Assembly: GCA_021807085.1 (NCBI GenBank)
Contig: JAKAPM010000003.1
Span: 2,014 to 66,013, forward strand
Direction of reading: 5' to 3'
From: Nanobdellota archaeon
GTDB taxonomy: Archaea > Nanobdellota > Nanobdellia > Parvarchaeales > Parvarchaeaceae
DNA length: 64,000 bases
Within the stretch, counting starts at the first letter, position 1, and each line of letters opens with the position of its first letter. This document shows, piece by piece, positions 36,145 to 45,990 of the stretch. A program made the translations under genes and the position numbers. The notes under the pieces are model-generated. The model worked only from the letters and a program-made list of their open reading frames with translations, searched no databases and was not told the origin of the DNA.

Positions 36145-38252
36145 AGAAAGTTCCGGAGCAGGACAACTCCCGGAAAGACAACATAGATTTCGCCTACAAC
36201 TACTATGAACCTGGGGATATAGTGTCACAGGATATGTACACGAAAGATCAGAAGGTAAGGGAAGACCTGAAATCTTTGGAGTACAAAATATTCAAGGAGA
36301 AGAACCAGACCTTTCTGTCCAAAATCGTAGTTTTCGGCGCTGGCACGATAGGTAAGGCGATAAAGTTTAACATAAACAAAGACGAGGAGCGCAAATTAAA
36401 CACAATACTCTACTTACTCGGGTATAATTTTGACGCCAAGCAGCTGTATGGCTTCTCCATCTTCACGTTAGTACTAGGTTTTCTCCTAGGCCTTCTACTG
36501 ATACTCATAAGACAGTTCATGTTCGGCATAATCGCCATATTCTTGGGGATAATCGCACTTTTCGGCGTGCAGTATTTTCCGAAGCAACAGATGGCAGTCA
36601 GGATGAGCAAGGCTTCTGGAGACCTGGTCACTACTATACTGTATATAGTGATATTCATGAGGCAGACGCCGAACCTTGAAGGAGCCGTGCAGTTCGCATC
36701 CGACAACCTGAACAGCTATATCGCCTTCGATTTGAAGAAACTCATATGGGACACTGCCGCCAGAAAATACGCCAACATAAAGGAAGCTCTCGACGACTAT
36801 TCAAAGAAGTGGATGAAGACTAGCCCGGCTTTCACCGACGCAATATTCCTTATAGAGAGCTCAGTCTCGCAGGAGGAAGAGTCGAGGAGGTTGGAACTTC
36901 TTGATGAGGCATCAGATAGGATACTGTCGGGCACATACAATTCTATGACGAAGTACGCCTCGTCTCTAAAAGAGCCGCTGAATACGATATACATGCTGGG
37001 TATGGTGCTGCCTGTTCTGGGCCTGGTGCTGGCGCCAATGCTGATGGCTTTCGTGGCCATACCAGATTTCGGCGTCCTACTCGCACTAATGTACGATATA
37101 GCGCTACCGCTGCTGGTTTATTTTCTGATTAGGACTAAACTTCTGACAAGACCGAGCGGTTTCGGCGCTCCGGACCTCAGCAATATACCTAACCTTCCAA
37201 AACTCGGGACGTTTAACATAAAGCTTGGCTCTAGGAAGGTACCTATAAACGCACTCATACCCGCTGCAGCGGTCTTCGCGCTATTTATGGTACCCGTCTA
37301 TTTCCTGTCCCCGTATCTCTCGGTGTTCGGGCCCAATCAGATATACATATCTATGTTTATAACCGCCGGGATAGGCTTTTCCCTTTTTGTCTACTTCAAA
37401 CTTTCTGTAGTGCAGCTGAGAGAGAGCGAGGAGGAACTTGTCAATATAGAATCCTCGTTCGGCGTAGCTCTCTCCCAGATGGGCTCTTTCTTGGCGCAGG
37501 GTTACCCTGCGGAGACCACTATAATAAAGGTTAGCGACAACATGAAGAATACGCCAGTGGCCTCCTTTTTCCAAATAACAGTCAACAATATGCGGAAGCT
37601 AGGCATGTCCCTGCGCGACGCGTTTTTCAACAAAATAAACGGCTCGGTTAGGTTCTTCCCTTCGCCGATGATAATCTCGGCGACTCGGATATTCATAGGC
37701 TCCGCTGAGAAGAGCGTCGGAAACGCCGCATCCGCCGCCATGTACGTGTCAAAGCATCTTTCCAATCTGAAGAAGATAGAGGAACAGGTGCGTTCCCTCT
37801 TGGAAGAGGTTACTTCTGGTATGAGGGTTGAGGTCGGTCTGCTGAGTCCTGCGATGGCCGGCATTGTGGTGGGACTTACCACCCTTATAGGAACCGTGCT
37901 TAGGTCACTCTCTGGCAGTATAAGCGCCATACAGACGGGTGTATCGAGTACATCGGCTCCTGGAGGTATCTCCTCTGTCGTGCCCTTTGCTTTCGGTCTT
38001 TTTAACCTTAGTGGCGGTGCCATCCCGCTATACACTTTCCAGATAATAATAGGGATTTACCTGGTCTCGCTGGCTTCAATAATAGGCTACGCGATATCTA
38101 CTATATCGCAGCCAGGCGATAGAATACTAATGAGGGAGACCATCGCCTCTATGCTGCTGATGTCAATGATATTGTACGTGCTGATAACCTTTATAGTCAC
38201 CCTAGTTTTCTCATCAGTCGGTGGACTAGTGATAAGCGCCACTCATATCTAG
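36123..38252 (+). CDS. Type IV pilus assembly polytopic membrane platform protein (FlaJ/TadC/T2SS-F-like)
   Basis: 709 aa. Two blocks of TM helices separated by cytoplasmic helical regions, as in the duplicated T2SS-F architecture. Overlaps the ATPase gene by 22 nt; the call rests mainly on topology and context. Confidence 0.5.
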   Translation: MAKRTKIEKVPEQDNSRKDNIDFAYNYYEPGDIVSQDMYTKDQKVREDLKSLEYKIFKEKNQTFLSKIVVFGAGTIGKAIKFNINKDEERKLNTILYLLGYNFDAKQLYGFSIFTLVLGFLLGLLLILIRQFMFGIIAIFLGIIALFGVQYFPKQQMAVRMSKASGDLVTTILYIVIFMRQTPNLEGAVQFASDNLNSYIAFDLKKLIWDTAARKYANIKEALDDYSKKWMKTSPAFTDAIFLIESSVSQEEESRRLELLDEASDRILSGTYNSMTKYASSLKEPLNTIYMLGMVLPVLGLVLAPMLMAFVAIPDFGVLLALMYDIALPLLVYFLIRTKLLTRPSGFGAPDLSNIPNLPKLGTFNIKLGSRKVPINALIPAAAVFALFMVPVYFLSPYLSVFGPNQIYISMFITAGIGFSLFVYFKLSVVQLRESEEELVNIESSFGVALSQMGSFLAQGYPAETTIIKVSDNMKNTPVASFFQITVNNMRKLGMSLRDAFFNKINGSVRFFPSPMIISATRIFIGSAEKSVGNAASAAMYVSKHLSNLKKIEEQVRSLLEEVTSGMRVEVGLLSPAMAGIVVGLTTLIGTVLRSLSGSISAIQTGVSSTSAPGGISSVVPFAFGLFNLSGGAIPLYTFQIIIGIYLVSLASIIGYAISTISQPGDRILMRETIASMLLMSMILYVLITFIVTLVFSSVGGLVISATHI

Positions 38253-38737
38253 GGATTTGGATTATATTTTATCTTCCCGGTTACGGGGTTTGTGAGTATG
38301 CTTCCGATTGATACGTCCCTCTCATTGAACGCTCCGTTGTAGTATGTGTACACTATACTAACTGAATTGCTGTTTCCATTGAATGAGCCCGGTACGCTGC
38401 ATGGCGTCTGCTGGCCTGTATACAGTGTGTAATTGAGGCACGAGAAACTAGTCAGGTTTGCTCCATTAGATGCGACGTATATGGAAATTATATTTATTTT
38501 CTCCGCTAGAGAGTCGGACACTGTGAACTCCAGAGTCGTCGAGTTGGCCACCGCTTCCTTGACAATAGCACCACTGAACCCATTTATTACCGTGTTGGGC
38601 AGGGAGCTTCTAGAATTGAATATACCGTAAGCTAGTACTATAGCCACACCGACCACTATTACAGCTATAGCCCACGCGTACGTGGTTAGAAATTCCAAGG
38701 CAGCCTGGGATCTCTGCATATGAGAATAAAGATGCAC
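38249..38737 (-). CDS. Type IV pilin-like protein with class III (prepilin) signal peptide
   Basis: 162 aa. Probable start at Met7 (38719): MQRSQAALEFLTTYAWAIAVIVVGVAIVLA, a short polar leader followed by a Q/A-x-A-L-E-hydrophobic helix with Glu at +5. NxS/T sequons in the globular part. Confidence 0.6.
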   Translation of the reverse strand: MHLYSHMQRSQAALEFLTTYAWAIAVIVVGVAIVLAYGIFNSRSSLPNTVINGFSGAIVKEAVANSTTLEFTVSDSLAEKINIISIYVASNGANLTSFSCLNYTLYTGQQTPCSVPGSFNGNSNSVSIVYTYYNGAFNERDVSIGSILTNPVTGKIKYNPNP

Positions 38738-38749
38738 TAACTTAAAAAC

Positions 38750-39874
38750 TTAAGGCGCCACCCAACTCACGTTCGTAGCGACTCCGTTGTTGCCGTTTCC
38801 GCTGTAGTCGTTGGCGTTGCCGTCCAGCGGCCACCACCCAACCAAATTAGAATTAGAAACCGGACCGCCACCAAGTCCCTCGTTGTAAAGTGCAGTTATT
38901 TGCGACCCCGACAAAACACTATTGTAAACTTGAAAATCGCTCAATTTTCCAGTAAAGTACGAAGAAATGCTACTCCACGTCCAGCCGCCCAACTCGACCC
39001 AGCCAGTAGCAGGGCTCTGTGGTGTATAATCCCCATATCCTAGATCATAATTGGAATTAATGTAATAATTTACTCCACTTGTTGAATTTATTATCATAGC
39101 TACAAAGTACCAGCCTGTTGACCCAAATTGAGCGGTTCCTAACCAGTGTACGCATTCATATAAACCAATAAGATTATTTCCATCGTGACCGCTACTGAAC
39201 TGATTATTCACACCAACACCAAGAGCGTAACCTCCGTTTGAACCACAGATGCCATTTGTAACCCCGATTGTTATGAAAGCGCCGGCTTCTGATGTTGAGG
39301 GGAGGTATACCCAGCCAGTAATTGTAACGGAAGAGATTGCGGTGGTAGGTACTGTACTTGTATTGATTATGCTATTTACACCGTTAAAATTGCCAACAAC
39401 ATTAGGTTTTGTACTAATCGCAATGCCTGTAGCCTTACCCTCAGAGAAGTAAGGTCCTGGGAATACCTGTCCCGGCTCAGTATAAGTTATGGTTACTTGG
39501 TTTGAGTAAGAAACACCAGTGGTTGTTGTGCAAGCATCTGGTACGAATGCCAGTTGTGTTTGTCCGGTAGTAATAATCAACGCCGTCGGTATAGAGACGG
39601 CTTGCCCATCTGAACCAGTACTATTAATTCGCGTTATATTTATTGTATAGCCTTGGCCATTTAATATTTGCAATACCAACGCACCCCCTTGGATACAAGC
39701 AACTTGTATACTGAATCCTCCAAAGCCAGTTACTGTGTTAGAAGTAGAACTGGACGGCGAAAAAACACCGAATGAATAGAGAACCGCGGCAACTATCACT
39801 ATTATGAGGATGGCCCATCCATAGGTCATCATGTATTCCAGTGCGGATTGCCCTTCACTCATATTTCTTTTCAT
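38750..39874 (-). CDS. Large type IV pilin-like protein with class III signal peptide and C-terminal LamG/concanavalin-A-like lectin domain (candidate adhesin pilin)
   Basis: 374 aa. MKRNMSEGQSALEYMMTYGWAILIIVIVAAVLY prepilin-like N-terminus. C-terminal ~180 aa shows a LamG-like jelly-roll pattern (GWVYLPS...AFITIG...LSDFQVYNSVLSGSQITALYNEG...LVGWWPLDGNANDYSGNGNNG). Confidence 0.6.
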   Translation of the reverse strand: MKRNMSEGQSALEYMMTYGWAILIIVIVAAVLYSFGVFSPSSSTSNTVTGFGGFSIQVACIQGGALVLQILNGQGYTINITRINSTGSDGQAVSIPTALIITTGQTQLAFVPDACTTTTGVSYSNQVTITYTEPGQVFPGPYFSEGKATGIAISTKPNVVGNFNGVNSIINTSTVPTTAISSVTITGWVYLPSTSEAGAFITIGVTNGICGSNGGYALGVGVNNQFSSGHDGNNLIGLYECVHWLGTAQFGSTGWYFVAMIINSTSGVNYYINSNYDLGYGDYTPQSPATGWVELGGWTWSSISSYFTGKLSDFQVYNSVLSGSQITALYNEGLGGGPVSNSNLVGWWPLDGNANDYSGNGNNGVATNVSWVAP

Positions 39875-40709
39875 TCAGTGATATCACATCAGTTATTATC
39901 TTAGCCGCCAGTACTTCCGTCGCCTTATTGTCAGGTTCCGGTTTTACTTCCGTGACATCCATACCTACTATCTCTGAGTTCTTTATTATAATGAACATGT
40001 ATTCTATCATGTCGGTGTACAGTAAACCATTCGGCTGCGGAGTACCAACTCCCGGTGCTATCGACGGGTCAAACACATCCATATCTACGCTTATGTAGAC
40101 TTTTCTGCCGGAGATTTTTCTTGCAAGGCTATCTTTACTCTCCTGTTTTCTAATCTGGTCCATATACAGTATAGCGAGCCCCCTCGACTCGATCTCTTTT
40201 TTCTCCTCTAGGCTCAGGCTCCTTACGCCGACCAAGACCACACCGTTTCTGCCGTTTACCAGCCTGGAATCGCTAGCGTGATTCAACGGTACGCCGTAGA
40301 CTGCGTCTTTGAAATCTGCGTGTGCGTCGAATATGACGAACAAAACGTCCTGATCGAACGCCCCAGACGCCCCGTAAGTAAGGAGGTGTTCCCCACCTAT
40401 CAGGATTGGAAATTTTCCGCTTGCCAGCACGTCGGACACGGTGGTTTTTATAGTTTCTAAGGCTTTTTCTGTGTCTGGAGGAATCTCTATCTCGTTTGTT
40501 GTGAATACTTTGCCTCTTATCTCGTAATCTAATTCCTGGTTGTAATTCTCCAGCGACCTCGATGCATCTATTATTGATTTTGGCGCGAATCTCGTGCCCT
40601 TCAGATATGACGTGGTAATCTCCATAGGTATCGGCAGTACCACATATTTGGCGCTGTCAAAGTCCACCACTTCCTCCAAAAATGAATTGCTGCCTTCGTG
40701 AAACAACAT
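39855..40709 (-). CDS. Agmatinase/arginase-family ureohydrolase
   Basis: About 284 aa from the MLFHEG start; the longer ORF to 40898 would overlap the ligase gene. Mn-binding motifs FDAHADF, DMDVFDP and SGGEH-like GGEHLL. Confidence 0.8.
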   Translation of the reverse strand: MLFHEGSNSFLEEVVDFDSAKYVVLPIPMEITTSYLKGTRFAPKSIIDASRSLENYNQELDYEIRGKVFTTNEIEIPPDTEKALETIKTTVSDVLASGKFPILIGGEHLLTYGASGAFDQDVLFVIFDAHADFKDAVYGVPLNHASDSRLVNGRNGVVLVGVRSLSLEEKKEIESRGLAILYMDQIRKQESKDSLARKISGRKVYISVDMDVFDPSIAPGVGTPQPNGLLYTDMIEYMFIIIKNSEIVGMDVTEVKPEPDNKATEVLAAKIITDVISLNEKKYE

Positions 40710-40747
40710 ACTAATCCTACACTCTTTCGACTTAAATCCGTTCCCCG

Positions 40748-42478
40748 TCAGGCCTTTAGTTTTACGTTTTTCTGTCCTTTGAACATCTCGATTATTTCGT
40801 GAGTGGTATTGACATCCCCCGCGTCCTTGTCGCTTCTTAAAAATGATACTGCCCTCGGGAACCTGAGTGCGTAACCCACTCCGTTCTCCTGTCCGCATGT
40901 GTGTATCGGACTCCTAGTTATCTCGTCAGCTTTTACAGTTATGACATACCTCGGCATAACCCAAACGTCCGGTTCCATTATCGAATTGACGCGAGCCGGT
41001 TTTTTCTCGGTGCTGATTTCATCCAGCATTTTTCTCAACTCCCTGAACTGTTCTTCTGAGAAGCCCGAACCTACCTTTGTAAGAGTCTCAAATTCGTCCC
41101 TGTTTTTGTTGTATACCCCCCCGAGCACAGCACCTATCCCGAAATTTGCTCTCATTCCACGGCCCTTAAAGTAGCCGAGTATTACTATATCTACAGTGTC
41201 GGATAGCTGTGACTTATACGATCTCTTCATCTTTATCCAGTCGAAATTCCTTGCCCCTGCGGAGTAGGGAGAATCGAGCTTCTTGGCCACAACCCCTTCT
41301 AATCCTGCGCCGACAGTCTCTTCGAAGAATTTTGTGAACTCCTTGACGCTGTCGGTAACTATCTCCTTGTTCTTGCATATCGTGGAATCTTCCGCAAATG
41401 TCTCGTCCACCATCTCCCTCCTTTTTACGTACGGTTCGTTCATAAGGTCGAGGTCATCCAGTAGCATCATGTCAAAAACGAACAGTCTCAGCGGAAAGTT
41501 TTCTGAAACTTCTTCTATATTGTGCTTGCGCTTCCTCTGTATGGTTATCTGGAACGGATAGAGGGTGTTTGTATCTTCATCGTATGTTAGGGCCTCTCCG
41601 TCGAATATCATCCTCCTGTGTTTGAGTTTCTTTACGGCGGCTACAATCTCTGGCATGAAGTGCGTTATATCCTCAAGGTTCCTTGAAAAGATCTTCACTT
41701 TCTCACCGTCCTTGTGTACCTGCGCCCTGAAACCGTCCAGTTTTTGGTCCACCGCGCACCTACCTAGCTTTTTGATTATATCTTCCGCGCTTGGCAAGCG
41801 CTCCGCCAGTGCCGGCCTTATCGGCCTCATTACTCTTACTTCGAATTTTCTTATCCCTTCTTCCCCTTTGTCGTAGAACACTTCCGCTACATAACCTAGG
41901 TCAGAACAGAGGTTGTATGCTCTTTCTAGCGAGGCCTTAAACTCTCTTTTGCCGGTCTTTGCTTTCGACAGCGCTTCCATTATCGTTGCCTCGCCGACGC
42001 CCAATCTGAGTTTTCCCATCACGAACCTTATTATATACCTAGAGCTCAGAGGCGACACTTCCTTCAGAAGTTTTGCCAGCGAAGTGATCTTGCCCTCTAC
42101 GCTGCCACTTCCCGATATCTTCGATAGCTCGAATATCCTATCGTACACTTCCGACACCGACAGTTCCGATTTTTCCTTTCTATGGTCATATTTCTCCGCG
42201 GCCTCTCCCAGGTCGCCAACCTTTTTGCTGTAGGCTTTTACAGTCTCCAGATCCACATTGTGGGCGTCGGATATAGCTTTCTCCACCATTCTATCCGCCA
42301 TACCAAGCTGTATATCGAAGAAGGGCGGCAGTAGTTCCTCCTGCATGAGGTAAACAGTCTTTGCTATGTCCCTTCTGTCCGCTCTTGAGAATACCTCAGA
42401 CAGTATGTCAAACATCTCGAGGCGTTTCGTGGTAGCTTCGAGTTTCTGGAAATACTCGCTGAGTTCCTCGAACTTCAT
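40748..42478 (-). CDS. lig: ATP-dependent DNA ligase
   Basis: 576 aa. Adenylation motif I DQKLDGFRAQ (KxDG), DNA-binding N-terminal domain, OB-fold C-terminal domain with conserved motifs (EGVVAK, DTVDIVILG). Confidence 0.9.
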   Translation of the reverse strand: MKFEELSEYFQKLEATTKRLEMFDILSEVFSRADRRDIAKTVYLMQEELLPPFFDIQLGMADRMVEKAISDAHNVDLETVKAYSKKVGDLGEAAEKYDHRKEKSELSVSEVYDRIFELSKISGSGSVEGKITSLAKLLKEVSPLSSRYIIRFVMGKLRLGVGEATIMEALSKAKTGKREFKASLERAYNLCSDLGYVAEVFYDKGEEGIRKFEVRVMRPIRPALAERLPSAEDIIKKLGRCAVDQKLDGFRAQVHKDGEKVKIFSRNLEDITHFMPEIVAAVKKLKHRRMIFDGEALTYDEDTNTLYPFQITIQRKRKHNIEEVSENFPLRLFVFDMMLLDDLDLMNEPYVKRREMVDETFAEDSTICKNKEIVTDSVKEFTKFFEETVGAGLEGVVAKKLDSPYSAGARNFDWIKMKRSYKSQLSDTVDIVILGYFKGRGMRANFGIGAVLGGVYNKNRDEFETLTKVGSGFSEEQFRELRKMLDEISTEKKPARVNSIMEPDVWVMPRYVITVKADEITRSPIHTCGQENGVGYALRFPRAVSFLRSDKDAGDVNTTHEIIEMFKGQKNVKLKA

Positions 42479-42655
42479 ACTAGTTTAAGCATGCCGGTAT
42501 TAATATGCTAGAAGTCATGTCAGGGCGTTTTTCCAATGCTATTTTTCTTCTCGAGTCTTGAGTTTATTTGTGTATCACATAAGCATGCGTTTTGTCGCCA
42601 TGGTCTCCCTAATTTAGATTTATGTCTTGTTACCCAGCTATCATTAACTCCTGCG

Positions 42656-42820
42656 TCAGAGTGTCGAGAGAGTTAACAGCGCAAATCCTATGATACCTAC
42701 CGCCTCAGTGACTTGTAGAGGCGGCCTCACCATCTTGTATGTCAAGGCGGTTAATGATAGGAGCATTATACTGACGAAAAAAAGAGGGTATCTGTATCTC
42801 GATGGAATTATTTTTTTCAT
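42656..42820 (-). CDS. Small two-TM membrane protein (candidate second SDH membrane anchor, SdhD-like)
   Basis: 54 aa from MKKIIPSRYRYPLFFVSIML...; the ORF track extends it to 42958, overlapping sdhC. 4-nt overlap with the sdhC-like stop and same strand. Assignment is by context only. Confidence 0.3.
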   Translation of the reverse strand: MKKIIPSRYRYPLFFVSIMLLSLTALTYKMVRPPLQVTEAVGIIGFALLTLSTL

Positions 42821-43530
42821 ACTATCCTCAGTATTGTCGCGTCTATGGGCATACCCGCCGCCAGCCCTCTTAGATATAGGTCTACGGCTACTATCAATAT
42901 CAGCCCAGCCCACGCAAGCAGCTCGTGATGTCTGTTTAGGTAGGACTGTCCCCTCCATACCGCGTTTTTCTTGTTACCCGCGAATTCGCAGCCGTAGCAG
43001 TCCGTTCTGCCACCAACCAGGTGCCTTATAGAGTGGCAGGACGCCAGCCAGAGGGTAAGCGCCACCACTTCTGCCGCCATCAACACACTTCCAAGTCTCA
43101 GAGTTAAACCACCTGCGTATGTTATGGAACCTACCATATCGTAGTAGAAGAAAGGAAGTATCGCTATGCCCGCGTACACAAAATACCTGTGTGCGTTCTC
43201 CAATCTGAAGAATTTCGTTTCGCCAGAGTAACTTCTGGTCTCAGAATCCCCCCTTGCAGAGGTGGTACAGTCCAAAGGGTGTTTGAAAAGATGCCTGTGG
43301 TAGTTCTTCCTGAATGCGTAACAGGTAAGCCTCAGCAAGCCCGCGACAGGCACTAACAGCACAGTTGGCGAATAGAAAGGATCTACATAACCGTCGAAAC
43401 TCTTGACTGGGAGCACTATAAGTGCGGACATGCTGGCTACTATAAGGATGACGAACGACCACAGCCTCCAGTTCGGCTCCAGTAGCTCCGAAGGTATAAT
43501 AGACCGTAGCAGGCTTTTATTCTCTTCCAT
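42817..43530 (-). CDS. Succinate dehydrogenase membrane anchor subunit (SdhC-like, His/Cys-rich)
   Basis: 237 aa, about 5 TM helices, several His and a DCYGCEF motif. Immediately downstream of sdhB with a 14-nt overlap. Confidence 0.45.
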   Translation of the reverse strand: MEENKSLLRSIIPSELLEPNWRLWSFVILIVASMSALIVLPVKSFDGYVDPFYSPTVLLVPVAGLLRLTCYAFRKNYHRHLFKHPLDCTTSARGDSETRSYSGETKFFRLENAHRYFVYAGIAILPFFYYDMVGSITYAGGLTLRLGSVLMAAEVVALTLWLASCHSIRHLVGGRTDCYGCEFAGNKKNAVWRGQSYLNRHHELLAWAGLILIVAVDLYLRGLAAGMPIDATILRIV

Positions 43531-44278
43531 CCCTTCCCATAATCTTCTTTATCTTCTTAACTGCCAGGAACAATGGGTCGTATCTACCGTCCACAACCCT
43601 CTCCTTCTCGGGTATTATCGCATTGTCGGTTATCCTTATACCTTCAGGGCATGTCTCCTGGCAGCACTTGGTTATGTTGCAATAGCCGAGTCCCATGTTC
43701 TTGTTGAGGGCGTACGACCTGTCTAATGCGTCGAGAGGGTGCATGTCTAGCGACGCCGCTTTTACTATAAACCATGGACCTACATAATCGGTGTCGTGCT
43801 CTCTTATCACATGGCATACATCCAGGCACAGGAAACATTCTATGCAGTTCCTGAACTCTCTTGAGCGAAGCACATCCATCTCTTCTATCCTCCAGGGTTC
43901 CTTGACGTTCTCTCTCGGTGTGAATGGCGGTATCTTTCTCGCGGTCACCCAGTTCGCGGATACGTCAGTCACCAGGTCTTTGACCAGTGGAAAGGCCCGC
44001 ATGGGAGCGACGTGTATCTTGTTGTCTTTTAGTGAATCCACCCGCGTCTTGCACATCAAGGACGGTTTACCATCTATTTCCGCGGCGCACGAGCCACATC
44101 TCGCAGCCTTGCAGTTCCATCTGACCGCCAGTGTCGGATCAAGGTTGTTCTCTATATAATGTACAGCGTCAAGGACTACCATCCCTTCCTTCACAGGTAC
44201 CTCGAAATCCTGGAATTTTCCCTCTTTATCTTTTGAAGGATCCTGCCTGTATACGCTTAGAATGACACTGTCAGTCAT
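43517..44278 (-). CDS. sdhB: Succinate dehydrogenase/fumarate reductase iron-sulfur subunit
   Basis: 253 aa. 2Fe-2S motif CKAARCGSCA; 4Fe-4S/3Fe-4S motifs CIECFLCLDVC and CCQETCP. Confidence 0.85.
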   Translation of the reverse strand: MTDSVILSVYRQDPSKDKEGKFQDFEVPVKEGMVVLDAVHYIENNLDPTLAVRWNCKAARCGSCAAEIDGKPSLMCKTRVDSLKDNKIHVAPMRAFPLVKDLVTDVSANWVTARKIPPFTPRENVKEPWRIEEMDVLRSREFRNCIECFLCLDVCHVIREHDTDYVGPWFIVKAASLDMHPLDALDRSYALNKNMGLGYCNITKCCQETCPEGIRITDNAIIPEKERVVDGRYDPLFLAVKKIKKIMGRDGRE

Positions 44279-45989
44279 ATCTTTCCTCCGGTAATGTCTC
44301 TAGTAAATACGATGGGATTTCCGGCGGTTGTGAAGTATACGATTCCAGTTTTTCACCGCTTTTCCTGAAAACAATGTTCTTCTTCCATTCCCTGCTCTTC
44401 TTTGGATAATCCAGTCTGAAATGAGCACCCCTACTCTCCTTTCTGAGCAAGGCACCCTTGACAATCAATTCTGCTATCGTCAGCATATTGTGCAATTCAA
44501 AGCACTGGAGGAGTCCTGGGTTGAAGTTCAATCCTCCTCCAACACCTACGTTTTTGTATTCCTTCTTTATCTCTTCTATCGTCGATAGGGCCTTCATCAA
44601 GCCTTTCTCTTCTCTTTCTATCCCAACATTCTCAGACATTGTTTTCCTGAGCTTTTCTGTTAAAGTATATGGGTTAGTTCCGTCTTTCTTGAGAAATGAT
44701 TTTATTCTGTCCGCTTCCCTTTCCACAGTTTCTTTCTGTATCTCCTGCAACTCGCTCTTTTTTGCGTATTCAGACACCCCTATACCTGCGTATTTGCCGA
44801 AAACTAAAAGATCGGCGAGAGAGTTGCCGCCTAGCCTGTTTGCTCCATGCACACCGGATGCGGCTTCTCCGACAGCGAACAGGCCGCCGACGCTAGATGA
44901 CGTAGTATCAGGATCTACCTTTATCCCTCCCATGAAATAGTGGGTTGTAGGAGCCACTTCCATTTTCTCCTTTGATATATCTATGCCGGCAAACTCTTTG
45001 AACTGCATGTACATACCAGGTAGTTTTTTCATTATGAAATCTTTTCCTTTGTATGAAATGTCGAGGTATACACCGCCGTGCCCGGTGCCTCTCCCTTCCT
45101 TTATTTCGTTGAATATCGCCCTTGCAACCACGTCCCTTGCGTCTAGTTCCTTTTTCTGCGGTGAATACCTCAGCATGAATCTCTCTCCCTTTGAATTGTA
45201 GAGGAAGCCTCCGTCCCCCCTAATGCTCTCAGTAACCAGCAGCCCCCTCACCCCAGGAGGCCATACCATACCAGTTGGATGGAACTGCATCATTTCCATA
45301 TCCATCATGTCAGCGCCCCCTTCGAATGCCAATGCCAATCCATCGCCGGTGCTCTCCCACGAATTTGAAGTAACTTCAAATATCCTTCCGCACCCTCCAG
45401 ATGCAATTAGCACGGCTTTGGATTCAAAAATCATTAGCTTACCAGTTCTCATGCTGAGCCCTATCGCACCAGTCACTTTCCCCCTGTTTTTCACCAGCTT
45501 AGTTATAAACACCTCGTCGTATACGTGCACGTTTTCGTTGTGCAGTATCTGGTCTTCAAGTGTTCTGAGTAATTCTAGTCCCGTTTTATCCCCCACATGG
45601 CACAGCCGTCTGTAAGTGTGCGCTCCGAAGGCGCGCTGCATTATTTTTTTCTCCGGAGTCCTGTCAAACAGTGCACCCATCCTCTCCAGTTCATACACTC
45701 TATCCGGTGCCTCCTTTGCTAATTTCTCCGCGAATCTCCAGTCTGATATGTACACCCCCTCAACCATCGTGTCTTTAAAGTGTATTTTCCAGTTGTCTTC
45801 TGGATCTACATCACCGAGTGCGGCTGCTATACCCCCTTCAGCCATCACGGTATGGGCTTTTCCGAGAAGCGACTTTGAGACTATAGTTACGCTGGCGTCG
45901 TGCCTTATAGCTTCGAGCGCGGCCCTCATACCAGAACCCCCCGCTCCCACTATCAATATATCAGTTTTTACAGTTTCCGTAGTGGTCAT
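44271..45989 (-). CDS. sdhA: Succinate dehydrogenase flavoprotein subunit
   Basis: 572 aa. FAD-binding DILIVGAGGSGMRAALEA, RSHTVMAEGG (FAD-His linkage), and the catalytic HPTG and RGDGG-like regions. Confidence 0.9.
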   Translation of the reverse strand: MTTTETVKTDILIVGAGGSGMRAALEAIRHDASVTIVSKSLLGKAHTVMAEGGIAAALGDVDPEDNWKIHFKDTMVEGVYISDWRFAEKLAKEAPDRVYELERMGALFDRTPEKKIMQRAFGAHTYRRLCHVGDKTGLELLRTLEDQILHNENVHVYDEVFITKLVKNRGKVTGAIGLSMRTGKLMIFESKAVLIASGGCGRIFEVTSNSWESTGDGLALAFEGGADMMDMEMMQFHPTGMVWPPGVRGLLVTESIRGDGGFLYNSKGERFMLRYSPQKKELDARDVVARAIFNEIKEGRGTGHGGVYLDISYKGKDFIMKKLPGMYMQFKEFAGIDISKEKMEVAPTTHYFMGGIKVDPDTTSSSVGGLFAVGEAASGVHGANRLGGNSLADLLVFGKYAGIGVSEYAKKSELQEIQKETVEREADRIKSFLKKDGTNPYTLTEKLRKTMSENVGIEREEKGLMKALSTIEEIKKEYKNVGVGGGLNFNPGLLQCFELHNMLTIAELIVKGALLRKESRGAHFRLDYPKKSREWKKNIVFRKSGEKLESYTSQPPEIPSYLLETLPEERYD

Positions 45990-45990
45990 G

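Noticed and set aside
40710-40898. 63-aa basic N-terminal extension of the agmatinase ORF
   Set aside because: The extension overlaps the 3' end of the convergently arranged DNA ligase gene and is Arg/Lys/Gly-rich and low-complexity. The internal MLFHEG start gives a normal-length agmatinase.
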